Shown: positions 19,372-30,001, counted from the stretch's first letter. The stretch: 64,000 nt of DNA from a virus (IMGVR_UViG_3300037455_000372:267710-331709); one strand, 5' to 3'. Notes: generated from the letters alone by a model not told the origin. Numbers and translations: made by a program.

Positions 19372-20997
19372 ATGAGTATTCATCAATGCCCCGGTGTCAA
19401 AATCACATTTGACAACCTCCCATCCCCTCAGCCGTGTGCCGACAGGAATTACCCCAACCAAGCCATCGAACAGTTCCCTAAAGATTCAGACTTGAACCTT
19501 TATCCTAACGATCGGTTATGCGACCCGAATTTTAAACCAGCGAAACCGCTTGAAGGTCGCTTTGACCCGTGGAACGGAACAAACGATGCTGAACACAATA
19601 CTAGAATCTTCAGTATCGGTTCCAGTGAGTTTGCGAAGGAATACGGCAAGAATCTTGAAGCCTACCACAAGGTGGTCAAGGACATCGTCGAAAAGCAGCC
19701 CGAAAAGGAAACCACGTCAACACAGTTTGCTGAGGAACATAGTATGACTGACAAGCAAGTCAACGAAGTCATCAAGGCCAACGAAGAGGCCGTTGCATCC
19801 AACAAGAATGAAATTTGGGTTTCCGCCGTTCTCGCCGATGAAATCAAGTCTCGTCTTAACCATCTTTACACCACGTTCAAGTCTGTCGTGTACGACAAGT
19901 CGAGCAACTTCACCGACCGCGATAAAATCAAGGTAACGGATGACCGCTGCGAGGCACTTATCTCTGTTGACCCGAAGCAGCTTGAAGTATTCATCGCCAA
20001 TCTCAAGTATGCAGCTAAACAAGCTTCCGACTTGGTCGCTTGTGTACCCGAAAAGCCGGTCGAGAATCCGATTCATCCGAACAAGCCAGCCATTGCCGAA
20101 CCGACCACTCCGAAAGAATCCGAAATGCTCAAGTCTTCTAGCGAAGAAACCGTGATGAAGAAAGGAATCGACAAGATGGTCGAAGATGCCAAGGAAGCGT
20201 CCAAGGAATACTTGAACGATACTTACGGCAATCCGGATTCCAAGGAATATTCCGCCAAGGATCTCCCCGACATTGAACCGGACTGCGAATCCGAAATTGC
20301 AAAGGACAAGCTCGAATATATGAGCGGCAATCATATGCTGACTCCGGACGGTATCGACACGATTATTCGCGGCAATACTCCGGTCCTCCCGGCATACCAC
20401 GTCGGTTTGCGTCCGTCTGACCCCACGGTTACTCCGTATCAGTGGAGAGCTATGATGGAAAGTAACTCCCAGATCAATAAGGAGTCCATCATTCCGGGTG
20501 CAACGCCGTTCGATCCGAAAACCGTTACCAGATTTACTGACGAAAGAACGCGTTATAAGGCACCGGATATTCCGCCGCCTAACAAGCCGACTGCATGGAC
20601 TGCCGACGGCCATCCGTTTGATTGTGGCCACAACTATGGATGTCCTGAACAGGCCAAGGTTGAAAAAAACGCTCCGTTGATTCCGAATGTATACGATGTT
20701 CCGAAGGACTTGGTCGAAATGGTCGAGAAGCTTCCGAACGACATATGGAAGTATGAAGCCAATCAGAACGACGATGGTCTAGTGCTTACCTTGACCTATG
20801 ATGTCGAGCCGAGACACATTTCCATCACGGTCAACACCCACGAGGAAGAAGTCATCATCTCGACCAAAAAGGATTTCCGTGGTTCGTACAATACCACGCT
20901 GGATTGGTCGGCAGAGACCGCAGCCGATGAGTCCATTCCGAACACCCGTCGTTTGTTCGCTTGGCTCCGCCAGTGGATCAAGGATATTATGGAATAG
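19372..20997 (+). CDS. hypothetical protein, Pro-rich segments
   Basis: 541 aa; AAGGA RBS. Confidence 0.75.
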   Translation: MSIHQCPGVKITFDNLPSPQPCADRNYPNQAIEQFPKDSDLNLYPNDRLCDPNFKPAKPLEGRFDPWNGTNDAEHNTRIFSIGSSEFAKEYGKNLEAYHKVVKDIVEKQPEKETTSTQFAEEHSMTDKQVNEVIKANEEAVASNKNEIWVSAVLADEIKSRLNHLYTTFKSVVYDKSSNFTDRDKIKVTDDRCEALISVDPKQLEVFIANLKYAAKQASDLVACVPEKPVENPIHPNKPAIAEPTTPKESEMLKSSSEETVMKKGIDKMVEDAKEASKEYLNDTYGNPDSKEYSAKDLPDIEPDCESEIAKDKLEYMSGNHMLTPDGIDTIIRGNTPVLPAYHVGLRPSDPTVTPYQWRAMMESNSQINKESIIPGATPFDPKTVTRFTDERTRYKAPDIPPPNKPTAWTADGHPFDCGHNYGCPEQAKVEKNAPLIPNVYDVPKDLVEMVEKLPNDIWKYEANQNDDGLVLTLTYDVEPRHISITVNTHEEEVIISTKKDFRGSYNTTLDWSAETAADESIPNTRRLFAWLRQWIKDIME

Positions 20998-21016
20998 GTG
21001 GTTCGTCTGTTCCAAC

Positions 21017-21045
21017 AAAGGCACCGAGTTCGCTCGGTGCTTTTT
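21017..21045 (+). terminator. intrinsic terminator
   Basis: GCACCGAG-TTCG-CTCGGTGC + T run. Confidence 0.85.
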
Positions 21046-21091
21046 GCTTTTTCAACCGAAATTGCTATATTTGCGGAAAAAAGAGGTATTT

Positions 21092-21466
21092 ATGATTAAC
21101 GGAAACAATTACGATACGCTTGCCGCGATGAACGATTCGTTCTATGTACTTGCCGATGACAAGGGTCGCTACTTCGCTCGCGACTTCGACAAGCCCAGCA
21201 CTGAACACACTATGTTCTGCACCCACGACGTGAGAGAGGCGACTCGCTATAAGTCCGAAGAAGACGCCCAGATGGCTCGTACAAACATTCTCAGCTGGCA
21301 TACGACGAATGACGATGTGAATCATTTGGCCAAGGAAATCGTCAATGTCTGCAAGCCGATGAAGATTTTCCACTCGGAAAAGTTCACCGTGCCTAAAGGC
21401 GTGATGGTGAGGGATGCCAGTTTCGGCCAATTCGCCAATAGCATTATGGACGCAATCGGGGGTTAA
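21092..21466 (+). CDS. hypothetical protein
   Basis: GAGG RBS; start reassigned to MINGNN. Confidence 0.7.
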   Translation: MINGNNYDTLAAMNDSFYVLADDKGRYFARDFDKPSTEHTMFCTHDVREATRYKSEEDAQMARTNILSWHTTNDDVNHLAKEIVNVCKPMKIFHSEKFTVPKGVMVRDASFGQFANSIMDAIGG

Positions 21467-21467
21467 T

Positions 21468-21647
21468 ATGGTAAAGCATAAGCATATAAAGACTGGCGTT
21501 GCCGACGTGGTAAAGTGGCTCAACCAGCACGAGCTTAAAGCCGAACAAGTCCAGATTACCTTTACTACGAACCGTTGTAGCGGCTCCTATATGATTTTCT
21601 ACGATTCCGAAAACGACAAGCATCCGGAACTTGAGGAGAAGGAATAA
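21468..21647 (+). CDS. small hypothetical protein
   Basis: MVKHKH..., coupled to next gene. Confidence 0.55.
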   Translation: MVKHKHIKTGVADVVKWLNQHELKAEQVQITFTTNRCSGSYMIFYDSENDKHPELEEKE

Positions 21648-21895
21648 TGCCTCAAGAAAATCCGGTTATTGTTATCACCGAAGTATTGACGAAACTCGAA
21701 GAACACAAGTTTGATCCAGAAACTCTCCACGAGGCTGAAAACGTAGCCAAGGTGACTAAGCTCGCTACCGACATCGCGGCGAACCGTCTCACCCCGTATG
21801 ACATCAAGATAGTGGTTGAATTGTTCCTAGACCTACACCGTAAGTTCCAGACCTATTACAGAACCAGAGAATACAAGAAGGAGGCAACCGTATGA
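21647..21895 (+). CDS. small hypothetical protein
   Basis: TAATG coupling, AAGGA RBS. Confidence 0.65.
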   Translation: MPQENPVIVITEVLTKLEEHKFDPETLHEAENVAKVTKLATDIAANRLTPYDIKIVVELFLDLHRKFQTYYRTREYKKEATV

Positions 21896-21987
21896 ACGAT
21901 TTGCCTCCTAAATGGCAGCTTGTTGTATCTTTCGTATTAGGTATGGCCTTCGGCACATTCCTCTATTTCGGTGATCGAATGTTCTAG
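21892..21987 (+). CDS. 31 aa membrane peptide (MNDLPPKWQLVVSFVLGMAFG...)
   Basis: AAGGAGG RBS, ATGA overlap. Confidence 0.5.
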   Translation: MNDLPPKWQLVVSFVLGMAFGTFLYFGDRMF

Positions 21988-24374
21988 TCGTGACCGACGA
22001 ACAACGCGAGCGAACGGCCAATACTCGACACGATTCCTGTAACCAGAGCGTTTCCCATAAGGAACGCTCTTTTTATGTCCGAAACACCCTCGGTGTGGTT
22101 GTCCGGGAACATATTGAGTCGTTCAAGCTCGATCGGCATAAGCCTACGGTAGCGGCCTGAAGGAGTCAGTACGACGTGCTTGAATCTGGAAGGCGCGGTA
22201 CCGCCTTCTCCGGTTATGATTGTCCTAGACGGCTTCTCCGGACTGTCCGGGAATGCCATCGGGCCTTCGGTGTAGTTGTACTCGAATCCTTCCGCAGTGA
22301 CACGCTTCTCGCTTTTACCACCCTTGAGGTACTGCCAGCGGGGCAAGTCCTTGTCGTCGATGAAGAACTCGGCTGGCACATCCTTCTCGTCCACGAGAAT
22401 GTCGCCGAGCGTGATTCTGGTTCCGTCATACTGAGGAACGACATCGACGGTAGTGACCTCGCGGCCACGGAGTACGCCCGCACCGAAGAACGGAGATGTC
22501 TTCTTACCCTTGTTGAACTCGTTGGATACGGTAACCAAGTCGGTGTCAAGCGAGAACTTGTTAAACTTACCCTTTTCCGGTTTGGATGACGGGAAAGCGG
22601 CACCGATTACTCCGGCGAAAATCACGGTTTCCGGTACTTGCGAGCGAATCTTTGTCGCAAGTTTTTCGTCGTTCTTGTAGGCCACCATATAAGTGCGTCG
22701 TCTACGCTGCGGCATACCGTAGTCGGCGGCGTTTATCACACGCCATTCCACATCGTAACCGAGGTTGGCGAGAGATGCGAGGATGATCGCGAAGTCGCGT
22801 CCGCGCTGCTTTGCCGGGGATTTGAGAAGTCTATCTACATTCTCGAAGATGCAGTAGCTTGGCTTGTGCTCGCTGTCCTTGAGGATGCGGTAGATTTCCC
22901 ACCAGAGTACACCCTTCTTTCCCTCGATACCGCCGGAGCGGTTGAGTGTTGAGGCTACTGAGTAATCTTGACAGTTATGGGTAACCATATGATTGGCGAT
23001 GAACGAATGAGTATTTTCTACTTCAATGTCGTATACTTGGGCTTCGCCAGAATCGTCGAAATCTTTGACCGGGTACCAAATATAGCCATCTTCATAAAAT
23101 GCCGTAATGTGCTTATTTACAAGAGAACAACGTACTTGATAGTAATCAGATTCGTTTACGACGCGTCCTTGAATCGTATGCTTTCCATCCGCTTTATGAA
23201 TAAAGAGATTGCACGGTTTATGGTACACCTTTTCAACAAGGTGCATAATACCATAGGCCAGTTCACGACTTGTGGTCGTAAATGCGAGTCCGTTATCAAT
23301 TTTGTGTCCGTCCGTGTCGAAATAACCGTCGATGAACGGCTTTAAAATACTTACTGGTGCATCGAACATAAAACCCGGAATATACTTATTCTTTGCACCC
23401 ATTCCGAACTGTTCCAAGAATGATGTAAGTTCAACATTGGAAAATATCATTCTGAACGCCGTATTCTCGTCGCTTAATGTATAGTGATACTTCGATATGT
23501 CGATTTTATTGGTATAGAACTCTTTTTTCTTTAGATTTCCACAAATAACGACACCATCATACGGATGATTCAATTCAGTACGTTTTGGTGTTTTATGCAG
23601 CCAGCCGTTACCAATATAAAGACCAGCGATGTACCATAAAGTTGGGTCGCTTAGGTCAAGATTGTTCAAATGCCGGGTTGCCGTAGCATTGGTATGAACG
23701 TCGATACCTTTCCACGTAGGCATAATTGCGTTGGTGTTGATTGGAGTGCCGAAATAAACGGTATTTCGTTTCATCTGGAGCAACTGGTCAACCGTAAACC
23801 AATCTGGTTTAGAATATGAAACGAGTCTTGCGGAATGTGTATGCCGAACGTTCTTTATTCTCGCAAAGAATTTATGATTGCCGGTTGCCTTAATGGCGTC
23901 GAATCCATAACCAGAAATGTTATAAATTTTGTGAACACCTTGATTGAAGGTATTCGTCACGGCTTGGTAAGACCCATCGTGAGTCAAGACGGTATCTCTA
24001 GTTGAGATTTGGTCGATTCGAACTAGGCCACGCTTAGTTAATACCAGCGTGTCACCAGTAAGGCAAGGGAACCCTCCTACGACCATATCGGCTTCCGGTA
24101 TTCGTTCCACACCGACAGTGCAGACATTCTCGTTGGAATGTCCGTCCGCACCGAACCTCTTAACATAGATTTCGGAAGCGTCTTGTTTCTTGGTTGACGG
24201 TTCCCACTGGCTGCTCCACACCGTCTTGAACTGTTCGGATGCGCGTTCGAGACCGATGCGGAATCCGCCTACACCGGCGAACAGCTCGATAACCTTGATG
24301 TCCTTGTCCAGCTCCACACTGAACTGTTCTTGTTCTTTGATATAATTGTCAACAGCACTGCAATAGGAAGACAT
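21984..24374 (-). CDS. dcm: DNA cytosine-5 methyltransferase (M.Sau3AI-like) containing an intein
   Basis: ELFAGVGG, QWEPS, GGFP|CQDYS split by intein, ENVDRLLKSP..QRGRDF, PQRRRR, MGNAL. Confidence 0.92.
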   Translation of the reverse strand: MSSYCSAVDNYIKEQEQFSVELDKDIKVIELFAGVGGFRIGLERASEQFKTVWSSQWEPSTKKQDASEIYVKRFGADGHSNENVCTVGVERIPEADMVVGGFPCLTGDTLVLTKRGLVRIDQISTRDTVLTHDGSYQAVTNTFNQGVHKIYNISGYGFDAIKATGNHKFFARIKNVRHTHSARLVSYSKPDWFTVDQLLQMKRNTVYFGTPINTNAIMPTWKGIDVHTNATATRHLNNLDLSDPTLWYIAGLYIGNGWLHKTPKRTELNHPYDGVVICGNLKKKEFYTNKIDISKYHYTLSDENTAFRMIFSNVELTSFLEQFGMGAKNKYIPGFMFDAPVSILKPFIDGYFDTDGHKIDNGLAFTTTSRELAYGIMHLVEKVYHKPCNLFIHKADGKHTIQGRVVNESDYYQVRCSLVNKHITAFYEDGYIWYPVKDFDDSGEAQVYDIEVENTHSFIANHMVTHNCQDYSVASTLNRSGGIEGKKGVLWWEIYRILKDSEHKPSYCIFENVDRLLKSPAKQRGRDFAIILASLANLGYDVEWRVINAADYGMPQRRRRTYMVAYKNDEKLATKIRSQVPETVIFAGVIGAAFPSSKPEKGKFNKFSLDTDLVTVSNEFNKGKKTSPFFGAGVLRGREVTTVDVVPQYDGTRITLGDILVDEKDVPAEFFIDDKDLPRWQYLKGGKSEKRVTAEGFEYNYTEGPMAFPDSPEKPSRTIITGEGGTAPSRFKHVVLTPSGRYRRLMPIELERLNMFPDNHTEGVSDIKRAFLMGNALVTGIVSSIGRSLALFVGHD
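22974..24065 (-). mobile_element. intein (364 aa) with LAGLIDADG homing-endonuclease domain
   Basis: starts CLTGDT, ATGNHKF block B, IAGLYIGNG / FIDGYFDTDG blocks, VYDIEVENTHSF..VTHN end; AT-richer than flanks. Confidence 0.92.
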
Positions 24375-24423
24375 AGAGTTCCTTGTAAATTTGACTGAAA
24401 TATAGCAGATCTGTATTATAAAA

Positions 24424-25068
24424 TCAAATCATACGGAGGCCGAGTCGGTAAATCCGCTTGCCATTCCAGCTGACCCATGCTCCTAACAAAAATTCCGACA
24501 AGTAACCACATATACGAGGCTGCAGTGGCCTATGGTGTTTCGCCTCGGACGCCATATACATTGTCATAGCCTTGAACAGGTAGTCGCAGTATTTGTCGGC
24601 CAGATCCTTCTTGGCGATGAACATATTGCCGAGAATGTGGGTGTCTCCGTTGATATAATTGAGGCAATGGTCTGAATAAGCCTTGCCGTAGATCGCGCCG
24701 AGCACTGTGATGAAGTTCATCGTCGCGTCGGCCTTTCCGTTGTTAATCAGGTATTTCTTAACCGGAGTCCGGTACGGGTATGTGACCGTGGTACAGAGTA
24801 CGTCGTTGGTTTCGAGCAGCTTCCTCGCCATAGCTTCCGGAATGGGCTGCGCTCCGTTGTAGCAGAGGTATCGCCTGTAATGTTCCAGCCCGACTATGTC
24901 GTCCGTGCAGTGCTTCCACATATAATAGAGACCGGTCAGCTCGCACATAAAGCCGTTGAGAAAGTCGATGTTGTCCCCTTCGTGCTTCTGGTCTACCAAG
25001 AACTTGGTACGGAATCCGTCAAGGGGGAGGAAGGTGTTTTTAGATGAACCAACTACGTAAATACTCAT
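24424..25068 (-). CDS. DUF4422/GT111 family glycosyltransferase
   Basis: GDNI..CELTGLYYMWK, VGLEHYRR, NMFI, R..GYLSE; start reassigned to MSIYVVGS. Confidence 0.85.
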   Translation of the reverse strand: MSIYVVGSSKNTFLPLDGFRTKFLVDQKHEGDNIDFLNGFMCELTGLYYMWKHCTDDIVGLEHYRRYLCYNGAQPIPEAMARKLLETNDVLCTTVTYPYRTPVKKYLINNGKADATMNFITVLGAIYGKAYSDHCLNYINGDTHILGNMFIAKKDLADKYCDYLFKAMTMYMASEAKHHRPLQPRICGYLSEFLLGAWVSWNGKRIYRLGLRMI

Positions 25069-25078
25069 AAAACGCAGT

Positions 25079-25753
25079 TTATGGTTTTTTGGAACCAGAA
25101 ACTTCCATAAAGTGCATCTCAACCTTGATCGCGTCATAGACCTTGAGCTTCTGCTGGCGAACCCAGAGGCCGAAGATGTGTTCGGCGAGGTAGCCGTCAA
25201 TGCGGAGGTTACGGTCGTCTATGCCGATGTACTTGTCGAACATAGCGAGCTTGGGGAACAGCCATTCGCAGTATTTCACCATAGTCTCGCGGCGAGATAT
25301 GAACATATTGCACTGTCTGAGCGACCGTTCGCAAGTGTACGCCTTGAACTGGGTTCCTAGGGGGAAGAACTTCTCGTCAAGCATATCGATGAACTGGTCT
25401 AGGTCTTCGACCTTACCGGCTCGCTGGAAATACTTGTAGGCGCAGAAGTCCGGCTCGTGACGGTAGTTGCAGAGGATGATGTCGTGGTCTTCGAGAATCT
25501 TCTCGGCTTCCTCGATGGTCATCCTCGACTTGTTGCGCTTGGGAGACGCGAAGAATCGGCGATAGTGTTCTAGGCCGACGTACTTCGCCGTGGAATGCTT
25601 CCACATATAGTAAAGTCCGGTCAGTTCGCAGTACCAAGGGTTGAGAGCGTCAATGTTGTCGCCGGAATGAGGCACGTCGACTAGGAATTTCTCGCGGCCT
25701 TCGTCTAGTTCCGGGAAGATGTTCTTGGTGGATCCAATTACGTAAATGCTCAT
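25079..25753 (-). CDS. DUF4422/GT111 family glycosyltransferase (paralog)
   Basis: GDNIDALNPWYCELTGLYYMWK, VGLEHYRRFF, NMFI, RIDGYLAE. Confidence 0.85.
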   Translation of the reverse strand: MSIYVIGSTKNIFPELDEGREKFLVDVPHSGDNIDALNPWYCELTGLYYMWKHSTAKYVGLEHYRRFFASPKRNKSRMTIEEAEKILEDHDIILCNYRHEPDFCAYKYFQRAGKVEDLDQFIDMLDEKFFPLGTQFKAYTCERSLRQCNMFISRRETMVKYCEWLFPKLAMFDKYIGIDDRNLRIDGYLAEHIFGLWVRQQKLKVYDAIKVEMHFMEVSGSKKP

Positions 25754-25760
25754 ATCGTTC

Positions 25761-26417
25761 CTATCGATAGTTTTGCTGAAGTTTTCCAGCAATCCAGTTT
25801 ATGTCTAACATAAGTGCGGCGAAGTCTACTTGGGTCGGGTCGCTGAACCAGAACGGTTTTAGGTGGTGCTTTAGCGACGTATGTGTGCGGTTGTCCATAT
25901 AGTATATGGTCCTGTAATACGCCAGCAGTACACGGATTAGCGGAATCGACTCGGAATCGGTGTTCAGAATGAGCACCTTGTTCGTCAAGGCTGCTTGGTT
26001 ATCTAAAACACAGCAAGAGTGCGCTCCGCAGAAAATCTGGTGGTAGTCGGTCGTTGGGATGCTCTTTGCGCCGCCGAACAAGCATTCCATATCGGCTCCG
26101 TGCATCTCGCGGCCAGTGAACAGCGACTTGCAGCTGATTATACACTGTCTATCGAATGTGTAGTAGGACAAGTCGTGCTTGCCGTCTTGACTGTGGTAGT
26201 CAACCTTGCGGAAATGTTCGGATGACCAGTTCATACCCATTGTGGTCAGCATAAGGGGTGCCGCTTGGGTGCAAGCGTACTCGGTCGTCCAATGGTGTTC
26301 GTTCTGCGGATAGTCGAGATACAGCGGTACGCTTTCGAAAACGTGGAAGTGGCTGCCGTCCGTTGGGCGCACCAGTTCTGGCTTGTTGAATACGTTTACG
26401 ACGAAATTATAAATCAT
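25761..26417 (-). CDS. possible DHHW/AlgJ-like polysaccharide O-acyltransferase
   Basis: EHHWT motif and C-terminal N..A..KVLILNTDS..IPL....Y..MDNR pattern. Confidence 0.5.
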   Translation of the reverse strand: MIYNFVVNVFNKPELVRPTDGSHFHVFESVPLYLDYPQNEHHWTTEYACTQAAPLMLTTMGMNWSSEHFRKVDYHSQDGKHDLSYYTFDRQCIISCKSLFTGREMHGADMECLFGGAKSIPTTDYHQIFCGAHSCCVLDNQAALTNKVLILNTDSESIPLIRVLLAYYRTIYYMDNRTHTSLKHHLKPFWFSDPTQVDFAALMLDINWIAGKLQQNYR

Positions 26418-26527
26418 ACGACGAAAATTAGTTTTTTGCCGACGAAATGTTGCACATTTAAACACAAATTGCTATAATTTATATCGTAGGAAGGCAATGT
26501 TGCCAACCTTTGATCAAAGGATAAACA

Positions 26528-27190
26528 ATGGGTATCTGGAACCTCATTAAGAAACTGTTCCGTATCGGCCAGATCAAGGTCGAGAACGGACTCCAAAAGC
26601 TCGTGGATGCTGAAGCACAGCTTCAGATCATCGAACACGACACCATCGACGCCTTGGAAAAGCAGCGCGAAAACGCAAAGAAGCTCGAAGCTTCTAAGCT
26701 TGAATTCGACGCCAACTTCGAAAAGGCTCAGAAGGACCTCACCCGTTTGAAGACCAGCTGCGAAGTGCTGAAGAACAAGCTCATCAAGGAAGGAAAGGAC
26801 TACAAGGAAGACGACGATATGAAGCTCGCCGCCGCCACCTACCTTGAACAGCAGAAGCTCGTCGCTGAATTTGGTCGCCAGAAGGATGAAATGGACCTGA
26901 TGATTAAGCGTGTCGAAAAGATGCTCAAGCATCTCAAGCTTAACAAGAACCTCGTCCATATGAAGGCCGATATGCTCCGCCAGAAGATTCAGCTCTACAA
27001 GAGCAAGTCTGTCATCGACGAAACCGGTATGGTCGACATCAACACCACGTTTGGTGAAGTTGACGAACTCGTACAGAAGATGCAGTTCGAACAGCAAGCT
27101 GCCCAGCGCGTTGACGACATCGTCAATGGTCGCGAAACGGCTCAGCTGGCCAATGAAGCTGACGTTGACAACTTCCTCAACGATCTTTAG
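26528..27190 (+). CDS. PspA/IM30-like coiled-coil protein
   Basis: 220 aa all-helical, amphipathic start MGIWNLIKKLF; promoter TTGCAC-17-TATAAT upstream. Confidence 0.7.
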   Translation: MGIWNLIKKLFRIGQIKVENGLQKLVDAEAQLQIIEHDTIDALEKQRENAKKLEASKLEFDANFEKAQKDLTRLKTSCEVLKNKLIKEGKDYKEDDDMKLAAATYLEQQKLVAEFGRQKDEMDLMIKRVEKMLKHLKLNKNLVHMKADMLRQKIQLYKSKSVIDETGMVDINTTFGEVDELVQKMQFEQQAAQRVDDIVNGRETAQLANEADVDNFLNDL

Positions 27191-27212
27191 TACCTTAGAA
27201 GTTGGAGTGCTA

Positions 27213-27244
27213 GGGGACGCAGCCGCAAGGCTGCGTTCTTTTTT
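27213..27244 (+). terminator. intrinsic terminator
   Basis: GACGCAGCC-GCAA-GGCTGCGTT + T run. Confidence 0.85.
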
Positions 27245-27287
27245 ATACAGTTTTTATAAATTATTTTTAAAAATTTAAATTTTCCTA

Positions 27288-27316
27288 TTGACAACTCGCT
27301 TGCATAATGCTATAAT
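27288..27316 (+). promoter_or_regulatory. consensus sigma70 promoter with UP element
   Basis: TTGACA-17-TATAAT, extended -10 TG, AT tract upstream. Confidence 0.85.
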
Positions 27317-27349
27317 TCATCTCGGTGGCCGGTTGGCCGTCAAAACTAT

Positions 27350-30001
27350 ATGGAAAACAACAATATGAATAAAAACGGACTGACTTCCCAAGAAGTCTTA
27401 GATTCTCGCGCCAAGTTCGGCACGAACCAAATCCCTGATACGGAACCGACCACGTTCTGGGCGGAATTCAAGGAGTCCTTCAGTGACCCGATGATTCGTA
27501 TCCTTCTCGCAATCGCTGGTCTTATGCTCGCTCTCTGGGGTGCAAGCTTCATCTTCCCCCAGGCTGGCATCGAACAGACTATCTATGAACCGATTGGTAC
27601 TATGGTGGCCGTTCTCCTCGTCGCTACCATTTCTGCAAAGACCGCTGTGTCTTCCGACGGCAAGTACCGCGCTCTCAAGGCTCGCACGGAAAAAGACCAA
27701 GCCAAGGTCATCCGTGACGGTTCTACTCAGAGCATCGACTTCGATGACGTGGTCGTCGGAGATCTGATTCATCTGCAGTCTGGCGACAAGATTCCGGCTG
27801 ACGGTACTCTTATCGAGGGTTCCCTCCGTGTGGACAACTCCGCACTGAACGGTGAAGCCGAAGAGTGCCACAAGGAAGCAAACCCGGACGGCGTGGTTCC
27901 GGATGAAATTACTGGCGATACTTTCGTGGACAAGTCTTCTCTCTTCCGTGGTGCAATCGTCTATGACGGTGACGGCATTATGGTCGTGCAGAAGGTCGGT
28001 CTCAAGACTATGATGGGTAAGATGGCCGAAGAAATGGCCGGTGACGAACCGGACTCTCCGCTCAAGGTCAAGCTTTCCAAGCTCGCAAATCAGATTTCCG
28101 TTTTCGGTTATGTGTCCGCCGCGTTGATTGTGTTATTGTACCTCGTAACCGGAATTATTAACGCTGGCGGACCTTCCGCTTTCCTCGACCTCGGTTGGCA
28201 GCACGTTCTTAACACCGTGATTAAGGCCGCAGACCTTGCAATCCTTATCGTCGTGTGCGCTGTTCCTGAAGGACTTCCGTTGATGATTTCCCTCGTGTTG
28301 ATGCAGAATACCTCCAAGCTGCTTGACCACAACGTGTTGGTTCGCAAGGCTCAAGGTATCGAAACCGCTGGCGCAGTGAATATCCAGTTCTCCGATAAGA
28401 CCGGTACCATTACCAAGGGTAACCTTGAAGTGGTCGAACTCTTTGACGGCAAGGGTATCAGCACTGGTCTCTCTGACAAGTTGATTAACTGCATCGCTCG
28501 TAACACCCAGTCTACGTTCGACAGAAAGGGTAATGTCCTCGGTGGCAACGCTACGGAACACGCCTTGATGAAGTTCATCGGTCAAGACCATTTCCACTCT
28601 TGCTCTGCTGGCGTGGTCGCAATGCAAGGCTTCAACTCCGCTAACAAGTTCAGCCAAGCCAAGCTCAGTGACGGAACGCTCGTGTACAAGGGTGCTCCCG
28701 AAAAGATTCTCGCCAAGTGTACTAAGTATATGGACGTGAACGGCAACATCGCCGATGTCGATATGGCCGCTCTCAACGCAAAGATTGACGAAATGGCTAA
28801 CAAGGCTATGCGTATGCTTGCCTTTGCCTACTGTGAAGATGAACTCGAAGAAAACGTCATCCACGACAACCTGACTCTCGTAGCCGTGGCCGCTATCCGT
28901 GACGATGTCCGTCCGGAAGCAAAGACCGCAATCGAAGCTATGCAGAAGGCTGGCATCCAAGTCGTGATGATTACTGGTGACCGTCTCGAAACCGCTCGCG
29001 CAATCGCAAAGGACGCCGGTCTTGTCCGCAGTGACAAGGACGTGGTGCTGTCCTCCACCGACCTCGCCGCGATGTCCGATGACGACATCAAGAAGATTCT
29101 CAAGGACATCCGTGTGATCGCTCGTGCCTTGCCGACCGACAAGTCTCGTATGGTTCGCTTGTCTCAGGAAATGGGTCTCGTCTGCGGTATGACTGGTGAT
29201 GGCGTGAACGACTCTCCGGCCTTGAAGCGTGCTGACGTGGGCTTCGCAATGGGTTCCGGTACCGAAGCCGCCAAGGAAGCTGGTGACTTGATTATCTTGG
29301 ACGACAACTTCAACTCCATCAAGGACGCTGTTTGGTTTGGTCGTACCATCTTCCACAACATCTTGAAGTTCGTGAAGTTCCAGTTGACGATTAACGTAGC
29401 TGCAGTGGGCGTGACTCTCTTGGCTCCGCTCTTTGGCTGTGAACCGCCGCTTACCGTTGTCCACCTCCTCTTCGTGAACCTCGTGATGGACGGTCTTGGC
29501 TCTATGATGCTCGGTTCCGAACCCGCTCTGCCGAAGTATATGTCCGAAAAGCCGCGTAACCGTGAAGATTCCATCATCGACAAGTCTATGATTGGATCCG
29601 TGATTATCCCGGCATTCTGGATTATCGCGCTCGGTTTCGTGTTCCTCAAGGTTCCGTTCTTCACCACGCGCTTTGACTCTGTACTCCAGATGAACACCGC
29701 ATTCTTCGCATTCTTTATCTGGTCGGCCTTGTGGAATGGTTTCAACGTACGTTCTGACCGTTTCGCAATCTTCTCTCGCCTCAACGAGAACCCCGGCTTC
29801 TTGAAGGTGCTTGCAATCATCGCAATTGTTCAGGCTGGCATCATCAACATCGGTGAGTTCAATAACCCGGTTTGCCAGACCATTTCCAAGATGTTCAGCT
29901 GCATTCCGTTTGGTGCCGCTGAATGGGGAATCATCGCCGTGTTATCCTTCACCATCATTCCGGTCGCCTCTCTGGCGAAACTGGCTCTTACGAGGAAGTA
30001 A
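27350..30001 (+). CDS. P-type (P2, PMCA-like Ca2+) ATPase
   Basis: PADG, NGE, VPEGLP, DKTGT, KGAPE, MITGD, TGDGVND, VNLVMD. Confidence 0.92.
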   Translation: MENNNMNKNGLTSQEVLDSRAKFGTNQIPDTEPTTFWAEFKESFSDPMIRILLAIAGLMLALWGASFIFPQAGIEQTIYEPIGTMVAVLLVATISAKTAVSSDGKYRALKARTEKDQAKVIRDGSTQSIDFDDVVVGDLIHLQSGDKIPADGTLIEGSLRVDNSALNGEAEECHKEANPDGVVPDEITGDTFVDKSSLFRGAIVYDGDGIMVVQKVGLKTMMGKMAEEMAGDEPDSPLKVKLSKLANQISVFGYVSAALIVLLYLVTGIINAGGPSAFLDLGWQHVLNTVIKAADLAILIVVCAVPEGLPLMISLVLMQNTSKLLDHNVLVRKAQGIETAGAVNIQFSDKTGTITKGNLEVVELFDGKGISTGLSDKLINCIARNTQSTFDRKGNVLGGNATEHALMKFIGQDHFHSCSAGVVAMQGFNSANKFSQAKLSDGTLVYKGAPEKILAKCTKYMDVNGNIADVDMAALNAKIDEMANKAMRMLAFAYCEDELEENVIHDNLTLVAVAAIRDDVRPEAKTAIEAMQKAGIQVVMITGDRLETARAIAKDAGLVRSDKDVVLSSTDLAAMSDDDIKKILKDIRVIARALPTDKSRMVRLSQEMGLVCGMTGDGVNDSPALKRADVGFAMGSGTEAAKEAGDLIILDDNFNSIKDAVWFGRTIFHNILKFVKFQLTINVAAVGVTLLAPLFGCEPPLTVVHLLFVNLVMDGLGSMMLGSEPALPKYMSEKPRNREDSIIDKSMIGSVIIPAFWIIALGFVFLKVPFFTTRFDSVLQMNTAFFAFFIWSALWNGFNVRSDRFAIFSRLNENPGFLKVLAIIAIVQAGIINIGEFNNPVCQTISKMFSCIPFGAAEWGIIAVLSFTIIPVASLAKLALTRK

